Below are positions 1 to 8,822 of a stretch of 15,462 nucleotides of DNA, in pieces. Position 1 is the stretch's first letter. Each line of letters begins with the position of its first letter. The notes under the pieces were generated by a model, which saw only the letters and a list, made by a program, of their open reading frames with translations, was not told the DNA's origin and searched no databases. The position numbers and the translations under genes were made by a program. Where the stretch lies: NCBI GenBank assembly GCA_044450345.1, contig JBIOIY010000062.1:1-15462 (forward strand). Reading direction: 5' to 3'. This stretch comes from Thermodesulfovibrionales bacterium. GTDB taxonomy: Bacteria > Nitrospirota > Thermodesulfovibrionia > Thermodesulfovibrionales > UBA6898.

Positions 1-663
1 AAGCTCGTCCATGCGGTAATGTCTCCCTGATATCTCCACGGTACTGTCTGCCGGCGCGTTCTTTCGCAATGCATTCTTGAAGATGCTCAGCCATGGACCT
101 ATGTCAAGGCCTTTTCTTATCAACCTGTCCCTGTCGATGTTTATATGAAAATTTTCCTCGATCGAATAGGCAAGACAGGGGGTGCCGTGGGACAGCTTGA
201 CCGCCTTTACCCTAAACAGAGGGTCCTCAAGCAGCGTTCCGTCCGAAACCGACTCTGCGACGTCCTCCCGCTTAAACCTGTTATGCGCCTTAAAAACAGA
301 ATGGGCCAGGGACTTTCCGCCATGGGCAAAGACGTTTATCTCAAGCGGGTAGTCCCTGATGAGGTTCCAGGTGTATCCTCTTAGCTTGCCTGCGACGCAC
401 CGCGCGATGTTGGGCGGTCCGTAAATATTCAAGGGTATTTGTCGCCTTAGGACGGTCCTGAGAAGGGTGTCGAACCCTATGAAATGGTCGATATGGGTAT
501 GGGTCACGAAGACATCGGTGATCTTGTAAATCTCCGACGGAGTCAGTCCTCCGATGTCCCCTAAATCGAATTGCACGGCCCGCTTTTCCCTGAGTATCCT
601 GATAAAGAGGGCGGGGTCTCCGAAGAGGTCGTTTACCAGTCTGTAACGGAAGATCGGCTCCAT
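1..663 (-). CDS. Ribonuclease Z-like MBL-fold metallo-hydrolase (3' end runs off the window)
   Basis: Not in the ORF track; translated by hand from ATG at 663: MEPIFRYRLVNDLFGDPALFIRILREKRAVQFDLGD...VFVTHTHIDHFIGFD...LNIYGPP...LSHGTPCLAYSIEE. It has the HxHxDH motif, IYGP and the 'H..PC.AY' motif of RNase Z-type MBL enzymes. The frame is open to base 1. Confidence 0.85.
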   Translation of the reverse strand, partial: MEPIFRYRLVNDLFGDPALFIRILREKRAVQFDLGDIGGLTPSEIYKITDVFVTHTHIDHFIGFDTLLRTVLRRQIPLNIYGPPNIARCVAGKLRGYTWNLIRDYPLEINVFAHGGKSLAHSVFKAHNRFKREDVAESVSDGTLLEDPLFRVKAVKLSHGTPCLAYSIEENFHINIDRDRLIRKGLDIGPWLSIFKNALRKNAPADSTVEISGRHYRMDEL

Positions 664-808
664 AAGTAATTATAGAGTATTGTCAGATACAATCCTAAGC
701 CGGAGAAAAGACGCTGAAGATAACGCCCGCACAGGGTTCTACTTTTATGGGGTCGGCGTTTGGTTTTGCGGAGAAGGACTCTATGCGAAGAATTTTGGAA
801 ATTTCATT

Positions 809-973
809 TCAACTTGCTTCATTGTTTTCATCTTCTTGGGGATGGAATAGGGAGGGGTATTCCTCTTCCAACCTCAAGAGGAGAGAAATCTTTTCATCGT
901 GAGGCAGTGTCTGATATAGGGATGAATCCTTCAGTATAGAGACCAGAACTTTTGTTTTAGCCTTATCCATCAT
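809..973 (-). CDS. Small hypothetical protein (~54 aa, MMDKAKTKVLVSILKDSSLY...)
   Basis: SD-like GAGGTG (982-977, minus) just upstream of ATGATG at 973/970, and a sigma54-like promoter further upstream. These make 973/970 a better start than the track's 1012. Confidence 0.6.
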   Translation of the reverse strand: MMDKAKTKVLVSILKDSSLYQTLPHDEKISLLLRLEEEYPSLFHPQEDENNEAS

Positions 974-995
974 ATTCACCTCTTTATGATTCAGA

Positions 996-1011
996 TACAA
1001 AATATATGCCA
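996..1011 (-). promoter_or_regulatory. Putative sigma54 (-24/-12) promoter
   Basis: Minus strand TGGCATATATTTTGTA vs consensus TGGCAC-N5-TTGCW. GG-N10-G(T) spacing is correct, and the predicted start site (~985) falls just upstream of the SD of 809..973. Confidence 0.5.
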
Positions 1012-1295
1012 TATTAAATCATCACCTTGAGACCGGAAAGCACAGGGCAATATGCGTTAAATTGCCTTAAAAATTAAGTTCTTACATTAAATGAGTCGGC
1101 ATACAATCTACGGTCAGTTTTTTTTGGTGTGGAAAAAATAGTCCACTTGTTGACTTTTTTCTCCTTTATTGAGACACTTCTTTACTGTTTAGGGTGCCCT
1201 AATGGGAGATATGACGAGGTATTTTGGGGTGTGTTAGCTGTCCTGAACCCATCCTGCCTTTTCGTCCCATTTAATTAGGTCAGTTTCCTTTCTCG

Positions 1296-1304
1296 TGATA
1301 TAAT
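1296..1304 (+). promoter_or_regulatory. Extended -10 sigma70 promoter element
   Basis: TGATATAAT (TGn-TATAAT) about 67 nt upstream of the ATG at 1372. Confidence 0.5.
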
Positions 1305-1371
1305 GAGAATAGAGGGTGAGACCCTATGTGTAGTTATTTCCGCATAACAATTTTATGCAGGAGGTTCCGTC

Positions 1372-1569
1372 ATGAAAATTCAAAAAATCATAGAGATTGC
1401 AAAAAAGAAGGGCGTCAACTATGATAACATGAGCAAGACGGAGTTGATAAGAGCCATCCAAAGGGCAGAGGGATATTCTGATTGTTTTGCGAGACTGAAC
1501 GTGAATGACTGCAATCAGATGAATTGCCTTTGGCGAGGGGAATGCTCAAACGCATTCTCAAAAAGCTGA
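1372..1569 (+). CDS. Small SAP / Rho-N-like helix-extension-helix protein with C-terminal Cys cluster
   Basis: AGGAGG SD at 1359-1364. Sequence has the Rho_N-like pattern IAKKKGV..MSKTELIRAIQRAEG followed by CF...C.Q..CLWR..C. Confidence 0.8.
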   Translation: MKIQKIIEIAKKKGVNYDNMSKTELIRAIQRAEGYSDCFARLNVNDCNQMNCLWRGECSNAFSKS

Positions 1570-1743
1570 TATACATCCGCAAGGGACATTGAGGTTTACT
1601 TTCTTCTGTTCCTGGTCGCTGCCGCCCCTGAGTTGCTGATTTTTGCCCTAACCCTTGAAAGTTAAGTATCTTTCACACCTTTTTGACCATGCAAAAGTTC
1701 ATTAACTTTCGTACCCCCTTGCAAAGAAAGGGTCTAAGTATTG

Positions 1744-1752
1744 TGATATAAT
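1744..1752 (+). promoter_or_regulatory. Extended -10 promoter for the galT-glgA cluster
   Basis: TGATATAAT in an AT-rich stretch about 77 nt upstream of ATG 1829; the 10-mer GTGATATAAT is identical to the one at 1295-1304. Confidence 0.55.
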
Positions 1753-1779
1753 AACAAAAAATAAGGATTTAGAAGGATT

Positions 1780-1797
1780 TTGTGCCGGGTTTCACAA
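1780..1797. promoter_or_regulatory. Palindromic operator resembling Rex / CRP-family boxes
   Basis: TTGTGCCGGGTTTCACAA matches TGTGA-N6-TCACA at 9/10 and TTGTGAA-N4-TTCACAA at 12/14; it lies between the -10 and the SD. Confidence 0.4.
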
Positions 1798-1828
1798 TCC
1801 CTATTTCGTTAGAACAGACGGAGGTTAT

Positions 1829-2824
1829 ATGCCTGAATTAAGAAAAGACCCTATCGTGGGGAGATGGGTAATCATTTCAGTCGAGAGGGGGAAAAGGCCT
1901 ACCGATTTTGTATCCCCGTCCCAGAGGAAAAAGGGGGGGTTTTGTCCTTTTTGCCCGGGCAATGAATATACAACGCCGCCCGAGATCATGGCCTTCAGGC
2001 CGTCGGGATTACAGCCTAATTCTCCGGGGTGGACCTTGAGGGTCATGCCGAACAAGTTCCCGGCCCTCCAGATTTATGGCGAACTCGGCAAGACAGGCGA
2101 GGGTATCTTCGACAAGATGAACGGGGTAGGAGCACATGAGGTAATCGTCGAGACACCAGACCATAACCTTTCCCTCTCGACAATGCAGAAGAAGACGGTA
2201 GAGGACGTCTTATGGGCCTGCCACCTCAGGCTTGCGGACCTGAAGAAGGACCGGCGTTTCAAGTACGTCCTGATATTCAAGAACGAAGGGGAGGTCGCAG
2301 GCGCCACCCTTGAACACTCGCACACCCAACTGATCGCGCTGCCGATTGTCCCTGCGCTTGTCAAGGAGGAGGTAGACTCCGCACGCCGCCACTACGAATT
2401 CAAGGAACGCTGCATCTTTTGCGATGTCATTAACCAGGAACTTGAGGATGGGAAAAGGGTCATCTATGAAAATGCCGGGTATGTTGCGATATCTCCTTTT
2501 GCCCCGAGGTCGCCCTTTGAGACATGGATCCTGCCAAAACGGCACCAGTCCATGTTCACCCCTACCGACGGGAATTTCGGTGACCTTGCGGAGATACTCC
2601 AGAGGATACTTCGGCAGATGGACAGGATCCTCGATACGCCCCCGTATAATTTCGTAATTCATACGTCGCCTTTTTACGATGAGATAAACGAGCATTATCA
2701 CTGGCACATAGAGTTGATGCCGAAGCTGACCAAGATAGCCGGTTTTGAGTGGGGTTCCGGCTTTTACATCAACCCCACGCCCCCTGAAGAATCCGCCAAG
2801 TTTATGCGCGAGGCAAAAATTTAG
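1829..2824 (+). CDS. galT: Galactose-1-phosphate uridylyltransferase family (GalT class I / HIT-like) protein
   Basis: MPELRKDP..GRWVII..ERGKRP, Zn motif CPFCPGNE, NKFPAL, catalytic GATLEHSHTQL (HxHxQ), CIFCD, HWHIE and GFEWGSG; GGAGG SD at 1820-1824. Confidence 0.92.
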   Translation: MPELRKDPIVGRWVIISVERGKRPTDFVSPSQRKKGGFCPFCPGNEYTTPPEIMAFRPSGLQPNSPGWTLRVMPNKFPALQIYGELGKTGEGIFDKMNGVGAHEVIVETPDHNLSLSTMQKKTVEDVLWACHLRLADLKKDRRFKYVLIFKNEGEVAGATLEHSHTQLIALPIVPALVKEEVDSARRHYEFKERCIFCDVINQELEDGKRVIYENAGYVAISPFAPRSPFETWILPKRHQSMFTPTDGNFGDLAEILQRILRQMDRILDTPPYNFVIHTSPFYDEINEHYHWHIELMPKLTKIAGFEWGSGFYINPTPPEESAKFMREAKI

Positions 2825-2837
2825 AGATGGGTTTCAG

Positions 2838-4283
2838 ATGAGGATACTGATTGCGACCCCGGAGGCAGTCCCTTATGTAAAGACAGGAGGACTGGGAGAT
2901 GTGACGGGTGCGCTCGTAAAGGAGTTCCGCAGACGGAACGTGCAGGCGTCGCTCGTGCTGCCGCTGTATAAAGCGATCAAGGATGCCTTTTCGCCTGAAC
3001 CGACGGGAAAGACCTTCGGCCTGCAGATGGGCGACGGGCTCGTAGAAGGCAAGGTTTGGGTTTCCGACAGATCGCCGGTCCCCCAGGCGTATTTTATAGA
3101 ATGCGAAAGGTTGTACGGGAGACCGGAGCTTTACGGTCTTCCCGGGAATGATTACTCTGATAACGCATTGCGGTTCGCCTTCTTTTCCAGGGCCGTGCTC
3201 GAGACATGCCTCGTAATGGACATCCGTCCCGACGTCATACACTGTAATGACTGGCAGACCGGGATGCTGCCCCTGTATCTCAACGGTCTTTACCGGAAAT
3301 ATCTTGACCGGACCGCGACGCTCTATACGATCCATAACCTCGGCTATCAGGGGATCTTCGCTGCGTCGGACATGAAGTATACAGGGGTGGGAAGAGAATA
3401 TTTTACTCCTGAGGGGATCGAGTTTTACGGCAAGATAAATTTTATGAAAGCTGGTCTGAATTATTCCGATCTGCTCACTACGGTGAGCGAAACGTATGCA
3501 AGGGAGATCCTGGAAAAGGAGTCCGGCTTCGGACTCGAAGGTGTGCTGGGCAGGAGAAAAAAAGACCTGTACGGGGTGATCAACGGGATAGATTATGATG
3601 TGTGGGACCCGGCCAAAGATGAGATGATCCCCAAGAAGTACGTCCCGGACGATCTCAGTGGCAAGGCGGACTGCAGGAGGGCGCTCCTCCGGGAAACAGG
3701 CATCCGGAATGAGAAGCGTCCGCTTTTCGGCGTGGTGAGCAGGCTTTCGGGGCAGAAGGGGCTCGATCTTATATCGGAATCAGTCGATGACCTCGTCCGT
3801 CTCGGGGTGAATGTGGTTGTCCTCGGAAAGGGCGATACCCATTATCAGGACCTTCTGACCGACATAGCCGGGAGGAACAGGGGACGGATATTCGTCAGGG
3901 CCGGGTTTGAAGAGAGGCTCGCCCGCCTTATCTATGCCGGCTGCGATTTTTTCCTGATGCCGTCGCGATACGAACCGTGCGGACTCGGCCAGTTGATCGC
4001 CCTCAGATACGGCGCGGTCCCGGTGGTAAGAAAGACCGGAGGGCTTGCCGATACTGTACGCGATTACGATCACCTCTCTGCCGGAGGAACAGGATTCCTC
4101 TTTGAGGATTATACCCCGTCGGCATTGAAGAACGCGGTAAAAAGGGCCGTCTGCGTATTTGTCGATAAAAGAAGGCTGGGCGGGCTGGTGCGTGACGCGA
4201 TGCGTGAAGATTTTTCTTGGGAGAAGCCTGCTGGGGTGTATCTGGGACTTTACGAAAAGGCCGTAAACAGGGTGAGGGGATGA
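2838..4283 (+). CDS. glgA: Glycogen synthase (GT5)
   Basis: Start corrected to ATG 2838 (MRILIATPEAVPYVKTGGLGDV). Motifs KTGGL, IHCNDWQT, TIHNLGYQG, SRLSGQKG, MPSRYEPCGLGQL and RKTGGLADTV. Confidence 0.95.
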   Translation: MRILIATPEAVPYVKTGGLGDVTGALVKEFRRRNVQASLVLPLYKAIKDAFSPEPTGKTFGLQMGDGLVEGKVWVSDRSPVPQAYFIECERLYGRPELYGLPGNDYSDNALRFAFFSRAVLETCLVMDIRPDVIHCNDWQTGMLPLYLNGLYRKYLDRTATLYTIHNLGYQGIFAASDMKYTGVGREYFTPEGIEFYGKINFMKAGLNYSDLLTTVSETYAREILEKESGFGLEGVLGRRKKDLYGVINGIDYDVWDPAKDEMIPKKYVPDDLSGKADCRRALLRETGIRNEKRPLFGVVSRLSGQKGLDLISESVDDLVRLGVNVVVLGKGDTHYQDLLTDIAGRNRGRIFVRAGFEERLARLIYAGCDFFLMPSRYEPCGLGQLIALRYGAVPVVRKTGGLADTVRDYDHLSAGGTGFLFEDYTPSALKNAVKRAVCVFVDKRRLGGLVRDAMREDFSWEKPAGVYLGLYEKAVNRVRG

Positions 4284-7200
4284 ACCTGAGGTTTAAATTA
4301 TCGGTCATGCTTTCGGCGTTCCTCGTCCTGATCGCGGTCCTGGCCGCAGGAACTCTGCTGATCTTCGATAAGATGAACGACACGATGGGTGCGCTTCTGC
4401 CGGCGAGCGAGAGGAATAAACTATACGATGAGCTTGGCCGCAATATCGGGGACTTCGTAGAAACGACGAAGAACTGGGGCCTGACCGGAGATCCGCGGTT
4501 CAAGAAACTCTACCGAAAAAAGTTGTCGGACGCAAACAAAAGTTTCGGAAACTGTAGGGACGTAGTGACAGAGAAGGAGCAACTCGAGGAGATCGGACGT
4601 GCGCTCCAAAGGGTGACCGAATACGCGGAACATATTATGGAAAAAAGCCGGCCCGTCGGAGACCCGGAGGTTTTTCAATACATTCAGAAGATGGAGACCG
4701 AAACGGTAGACGTCATCACGAAGATCGGTCATCTTCAGCAAAGGTCGGTCGATATCGTACTCAATGTCGTCAAGGAAGGCGCCCTGCTGAAAAGGGAGAT
4801 GATCTACTACCACTTCTCTCTCATTATCTGCAGCGCACTCATCGCCGTGTTTCTCATTGTGCGTATAAGAAGGGCCATCACCGACCCTTTTAACGAACTT
4901 CTGAAGGCCACGGAACGGATAGGCAAGGGAGAACTTTCTTACCGGATAAACACCTCGCGCAAGGACGAATTCGGCACGGTCTCGAAAAGGTTCGACAGCA
5001 TGGTGGCGGACCTGGAATCTTCAAACCGGCAGATAGGGCGGAAGCTGGCCGAAACCGAACTCCTCCTCGACGTTACGAGGATAGCGGGGACGACGCCCGA
5101 CCTTAGGGACGCCCTTGCGCTGATGACCGAGACGGTCGCATGCAAACTCGAGTACGAGGGCTGCGGGGTATATATGCTGCGGCCGGACGAAAACTCGTTC
5201 TGTATCGGGGCGGGCGACAAAATTGAAGGGGGTGATGCTGCCTGCCTTCCTGCGGGAGAAGGGGTTGCCGGGGAGATTATCAGTACGTTAGGCCCGGTCA
5301 TTGTGAATGATTCTGCAGGCGTCAGGGACTCCGACCCGTTGTTCCGGGAAGGCTACCGCTCGGGGGTTGCGGTACCCATCATCCGCGACCATACGGTCTC
5401 GGGCCTGCTCCTTGTCAGGAAGAAGTCACCGCATGTCTATACCGATGATGAGATCAGCACACTCAAGATACTGGCACATACGATAGGATCGGCGATAAGG
5501 AACGCCGAGCTCTATCTCTCCACGAAAAAACAGCTGCAGAAGCTGACGGTGCTGTATGACCTGAGCCGGGGAGTGACCTCTGTACTCGACCTCGATGACC
5601 TGCTGAAGAAGATGGCCGAAGAGATATCGAGGGTGCTCTCTTCGAAGGGGTGTATCATACGGCTGCTCGAAGACAACAAGCTGAGAATGAAATCTCATTT
5701 CGGGCTCCCCCCGGGGGTTGAGGATGAGATGGAACTGTCGGTGGGAGAAGGGATTGCGGGATGGGTGGCGCAGGAAGGGTCTCCCCTGCTCGTGGAGGAT
5801 ATGACCAAGATGTCGCCTGGCGTGAAGGTCCGGATGCCCGACATGAAATCCGTGATTTGTGTTCCCCTGAAGGTCGGGGATACGGTCATCGGGACCCTCG
5901 GATTGTACGATAAGTATGACTCCGATGGCCGTACGACACCTTTTACCGTCGACGACATGAACACCGCCGAGGGATTTGCCTCCATATCGGCGATCGCCAT
6001 AGACAAATCGAAAGCATACGAGCACGAAGTGAGAAGGGAGCAGGAGGCGATGGAGGCGAAGAAACGCCTGGATGTGCTCTTCGACAGCGTGCAGGGGGGC
6101 ATCATCACCCTAGACAGGGACTATACGATCATTTCTGTAAACAAATATATCGAGGACTGGGTGGGCATGCCGCCGGAGATGCTCGTCGGCCACAACAGCC
6201 TTGATATCTTCCATGAGAAGATAGGTATATGTCCTCACTGCGCCGCAAAGTCTACCTTCGAGACGGGCGAGATAAATACGATCATGCAGTCGAGAGGGGT
6301 AAACTATGCGGAACTGACCTCTTACCCGATAAAGGACGGGGACGGGACGATCATCGAATGCGTCGTGTTCGTGCAGGACATTACGGAACGGGTGCTTTAC
6401 CAGGAGGAGACCCTCAGCCTTTACCGGGAAGTCATTCAGACAAAGGAATATCTCGAAAGCATCATCAGCCATTCCGCCGATGCGATCGTGACGACCGATC
6501 TGGAGGGCATAATCACTTCATGGAACCAGGGTGCTGAGAAGACCTTCTTTTTTACCGAATCCGAGGCGATTGGCAAGTTCATGCCTTTTGTTCCTGATTT
6601 TCTTCTCGACAGGGAGAAGGAGAATATCGAGAAGTTAAAAAAGGGCGAGGTCCTTAAAGATATCGAAACGCTGCGGAAGAAAAAGGACGGGATGATCATA
6701 GAGGTGAGCCTCACCCTGTCGCCGATCAAGGACGCTGCCGGAGAAATCATAGGCATAAGCGGCATTTCGCGGGACATATCCGGAAAGAAGAGTGTGGAGA
6801 AGGAGCTGATAAGGCGCAACCAGGAGCTTTCCAGACTGTTCTTTATAAGCTCGGCGATGAGGGGCACGCTTGAACTGGACAAACTGCTCCGTATGGTCCT
6901 GATAGCCGTCACGATGAGCGACGGTATGGGATTCAACAGGGCTATCCTCTTTCTTGTGGATGAATCAAAAAATGTCTTGAAAGGCGCGATGGGGGTCGGC
7001 CCGGGCAGTCCTGAGGAGGCATGGAAGATATGGGATGAACTCTCATTCCAGAAGACGACCCTCAACGACATCATGCAGGAGGTCATCGCGGGTCCTCTAA
7101 AAAGCGACGCCTTCTTCGACAGGCTTACCGTCGGGATGGAGATCCCTCTCGATGAGGAGACCGTTCTGGCCCGCGCGGTGAAGGAGAAGACTCCCTATAA

Positions 7201-8470
7201 TGTAACGAACGTCAGAGAAGAAGCGCTTTCCGATACGATACTGATACAGCAGCTGGGCACGCAGGCCTATGCAGTGGTCCCCCTGATATCGCGGGACAAG
7301 GTGATAGGGATAATATGGGTGGACAACTACTTCAACAGGAAACAGATAACCGACGAGGACATGACGTTCCTCACGAGTTTCTCCAATCACGTTGCATCGG
7401 CCATCGAGAACGCGCGCCTTTTCGAGCAGGTGACAATGGCCGAACAGCAGCTGGAAAATATCTTCGAGTCGATGTCGGACATGGTCTACTTCAACAGCAA
7501 GGATTACGAAATAAAAAGCGTAAACAGGGCGGTCTGCAACAGGCTCGGGCTGTCGCCGGGAGAGATTATCGGCAAGAAGTGCTACGAGGTCTTCCATGGG
7601 ATGAAAGAGCCTTACGATAAATGTCCCCATCATAAAACGGTAACTGCAAAGAAGGCGTATATCGAAGAACTCTACGACCCGCATATGGGGGGGACGTTCC
7701 TGACCTCCAGCTCGCCGATCTTCGATCTGACCGGGGATTTTATCGGTTCCGTTCATGTGGTCCGGGACATCAGCGAACTCAAAAGCCTGCGCGAGAAGCT
7801 CGTCATGGCGGAGAAGATGGCGGCACTGGGAGAGGTGGCGGCGAAAGTCGCGCACGAAATAAGGAACCCGCTTGTCTCGGTCGGAGGTTTTGCAAAGAGG
7901 CTGGAGAAGAAACTCGACGGCAACCTTAGGGAATATGCCGGGATCATTGTGAAAGAAGTCGAGAGGCTCGAAGAAATCCTCAAGGAGATCCTCGGCTTTG
8001 TCAAGGAGGTGAGGCTCTCAAGGGAGACGGTCAACGTCAATTCCCTTCTGGATGACGTGCTGAAGCTCATGGAATCGGGGCTCGAAGACAGGGGGATTAC
8101 GGTGACAAAAGATTTCAGACTGCAGGCCGAGGTCTTTGTCGACTCGAACAGGGTAAAGGAGGCGTTCGTGAATATCCTTTCCAACGCAGTGCAGTCTATT
8201 TCGGGAAGCGGCTCGGTGAGCGTCATCACATACGCGAAGGGACACGATGCGGTCGTGGAGGTCAGGGATACGGGAAAAGGGATCCGGGATTCGGAACGCC
8301 CTTTCATCTTTAACCCGTTTTTTACGACGAAGGCAGCGGGAACGGGTCTCGGTCTTGCGATCACGCACAGGATAATACAGGAACACAACGGCACGATCGA
8401 AGTCGAAAGCGAAGTCGGCAAAGGGAGTGTCTTTAGGGTCTTTATACCAATCAAGGAGGAACAAAGATGA
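4280..8470 (+). CDS. Membrane-bound multi-sensor histidine kinase (TM-periplasmic-TM-HAMP-GAF-GAF-PAS-PAS-GAF-PAS-HisKA-HATPase), ~1396 aa
   Basis: ATG 4280 overlaps the glgA stop (ATGA). Two hydrophobic helices, HAMP (DEFGTVSKRFDSM), GAF signatures (VPL...GTL...F), PAS ends (QDIT, RDIS), H-box VAHEIRNPL, N-box NILSNAVQ, G1 DTGKGI, F-box FNPFFTTK, G2 GTGLGL. Confidence 0.93.
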   Translation: MNLRFKLSVMLSAFLVLIAVLAAGTLLIFDKMNDTMGALLPASERNKLYDELGRNIGDFVETTKNWGLTGDPRFKKLYRKKLSDANKSFGNCRDVVTEKEQLEEIGRALQRVTEYAEHIMEKSRPVGDPEVFQYIQKMETETVDVITKIGHLQQRSVDIVLNVVKEGALLKREMIYYHFSLIICSALIAVFLIVRIRRAITDPFNELLKATERIGKGELSYRINTSRKDEFGTVSKRFDSMVADLESSNRQIGRKLAETELLLDVTRIAGTTPDLRDALALMTETVACKLEYEGCGVYMLRPDENSFCIGAGDKIEGGDAACLPAGEGVAGEIISTLGPVIVNDSAGVRDSDPLFREGYRSGVAVPIIRDHTVSGLLLVRKKSPHVYTDDEISTLKILAHTIGSAIRNAELYLSTKKQLQKLTVLYDLSRGVTSVLDLDDLLKKMAEEISRVLSSKGCIIRLLEDNKLRMKSHFGLPPGVEDEMELSVGEGIAGWVAQEGSPLLVEDMTKMSPGVKVRMPDMKSVICVPLKVGDTVIGTLGLYDKYDSDGRTTPFTVDDMNTAEGFASISAIAIDKSKAYEHEVRREQEAMEAKKRLDVLFDSVQGGIITLDRDYTIISVNKYIEDWVGMPPEMLVGHNSLDIFHEKIGICPHCAAKSTFETGEINTIMQSRGVNYAELTSYPIKDGDGTIIECVVFVQDITERVLYQEETLSLYREVIQTKEYLESIISHSADAIVTTDLEGIITSWNQGAEKTFFFTESEAIGKFMPFVPDFLLDREKENIEKLKKGEVLKDIETLRKKKDGMIIEVSLTLSPIKDAAGEIIGISGISRDISGKKSVEKELIRRNQELSRLFFISSAMRGTLELDKLLRMVLIAVTMSDGMGFNRAILFLVDESKNVLKGAMGVGPGSPEEAWKIWDELSFQKTTLNDIMQEVIAGPLKSDAFFDRLTVGMEIPLDEETVLARAVKEKTPYNVTNVREEALSDTILIQQLGTQAYAVVPLISRDKVIGIIWVDNYFNRKQITDEDMTFLTSFSNHVASAIENARLFEQVTMAEQQLENIFESMSDMVYFNSKDYEIKSVNRAVCNRLGLSPGEIIGKKCYEVFHGMKEPYDKCPHHKTVTAKKAYIEELYDPHMGGTFLTSSSPIFDLTGDFIGSVHVVRDISELKSLREKLVMAEKMAALGEVAAKVAHEIRNPLVSVGGFAKRLEKKLDGNLREYAGIIVKEVERLEEILKEILGFVKEVRLSRETVNVNSLLDDVLKLMESGLEDRGITVTKDFRLQAEVFVDSNRVKEAFVNILSNAVQSISGSGSVSVITYAKGHDAVVEVRDTGKGIRDSERPFIFNPFFTTKAAGTGLGLAITHRIIQEHNGTIEVESEVGKGSVFRVFIPIKEEQR

Positions 8471-8817
8471 AGATTCTGATTGTTGACGATGACCAGAACA
8501 TCCTCAGGTTGTACAAGGAAGAGCTCGAAGAAGAAGGGTATGTCATTGTGACGGCGTCGAACGGCCGGGAGGCTATGGAGCAGTTTGAGCGGGAAGTGCC
8601 GGACCTGGTCACGCTCGACATCCTTCTGCCCGACGTGGACGGGATCAAACTGCTCCGCCAGATGAAGGAGAAGAGGCCGAGGCTGCCCGTGATCATGTCT
8701 ACCGCTTACGACTACAGGGACGATTTTGCGGTCTGGGCCTCCGAGGCATACATCGTGAAATCGGCCGACCTGACCGAACTGAAGGCCACCATCAAGAAGC
8801 TGTCCGAAAGGGAATAG
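8467..8817 (+). CDS. Single-domain response regulator (receiver only)
   Basis: KILIVDDD, phospho-acceptor DLVTLD, conserved T (MSTAY) and K (YIVKS). ATGA overlap with the kinase stop; SD AGGAGG upstream. Confidence 0.93.
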   Translation: MKILIVDDDQNILRLYKEELEEEGYVIVTASNGREAMEQFEREVPDLVTLDILLPDVDGIKLLRQMKEKRPRLPVIMSTAYDYRDDFAVWASEAYIVKSADLTELKATIKKLSERE

Positions 8818-8822
8818 GAAGA

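Noticed and set aside
145..384. 79-aa plus-strand ORF
   Set aside because: Antisense shadow of the RNase Z-like gene; no motif.
2745..2837. N-terminal extension of glgA in the ORF track (likewise 4217-4279 for the kinase and 974-1012 for the small ORF)
   Set aside because: They overlap upstream genes or promoters; family-typical starts are at 2838, 4280 and 973/970.
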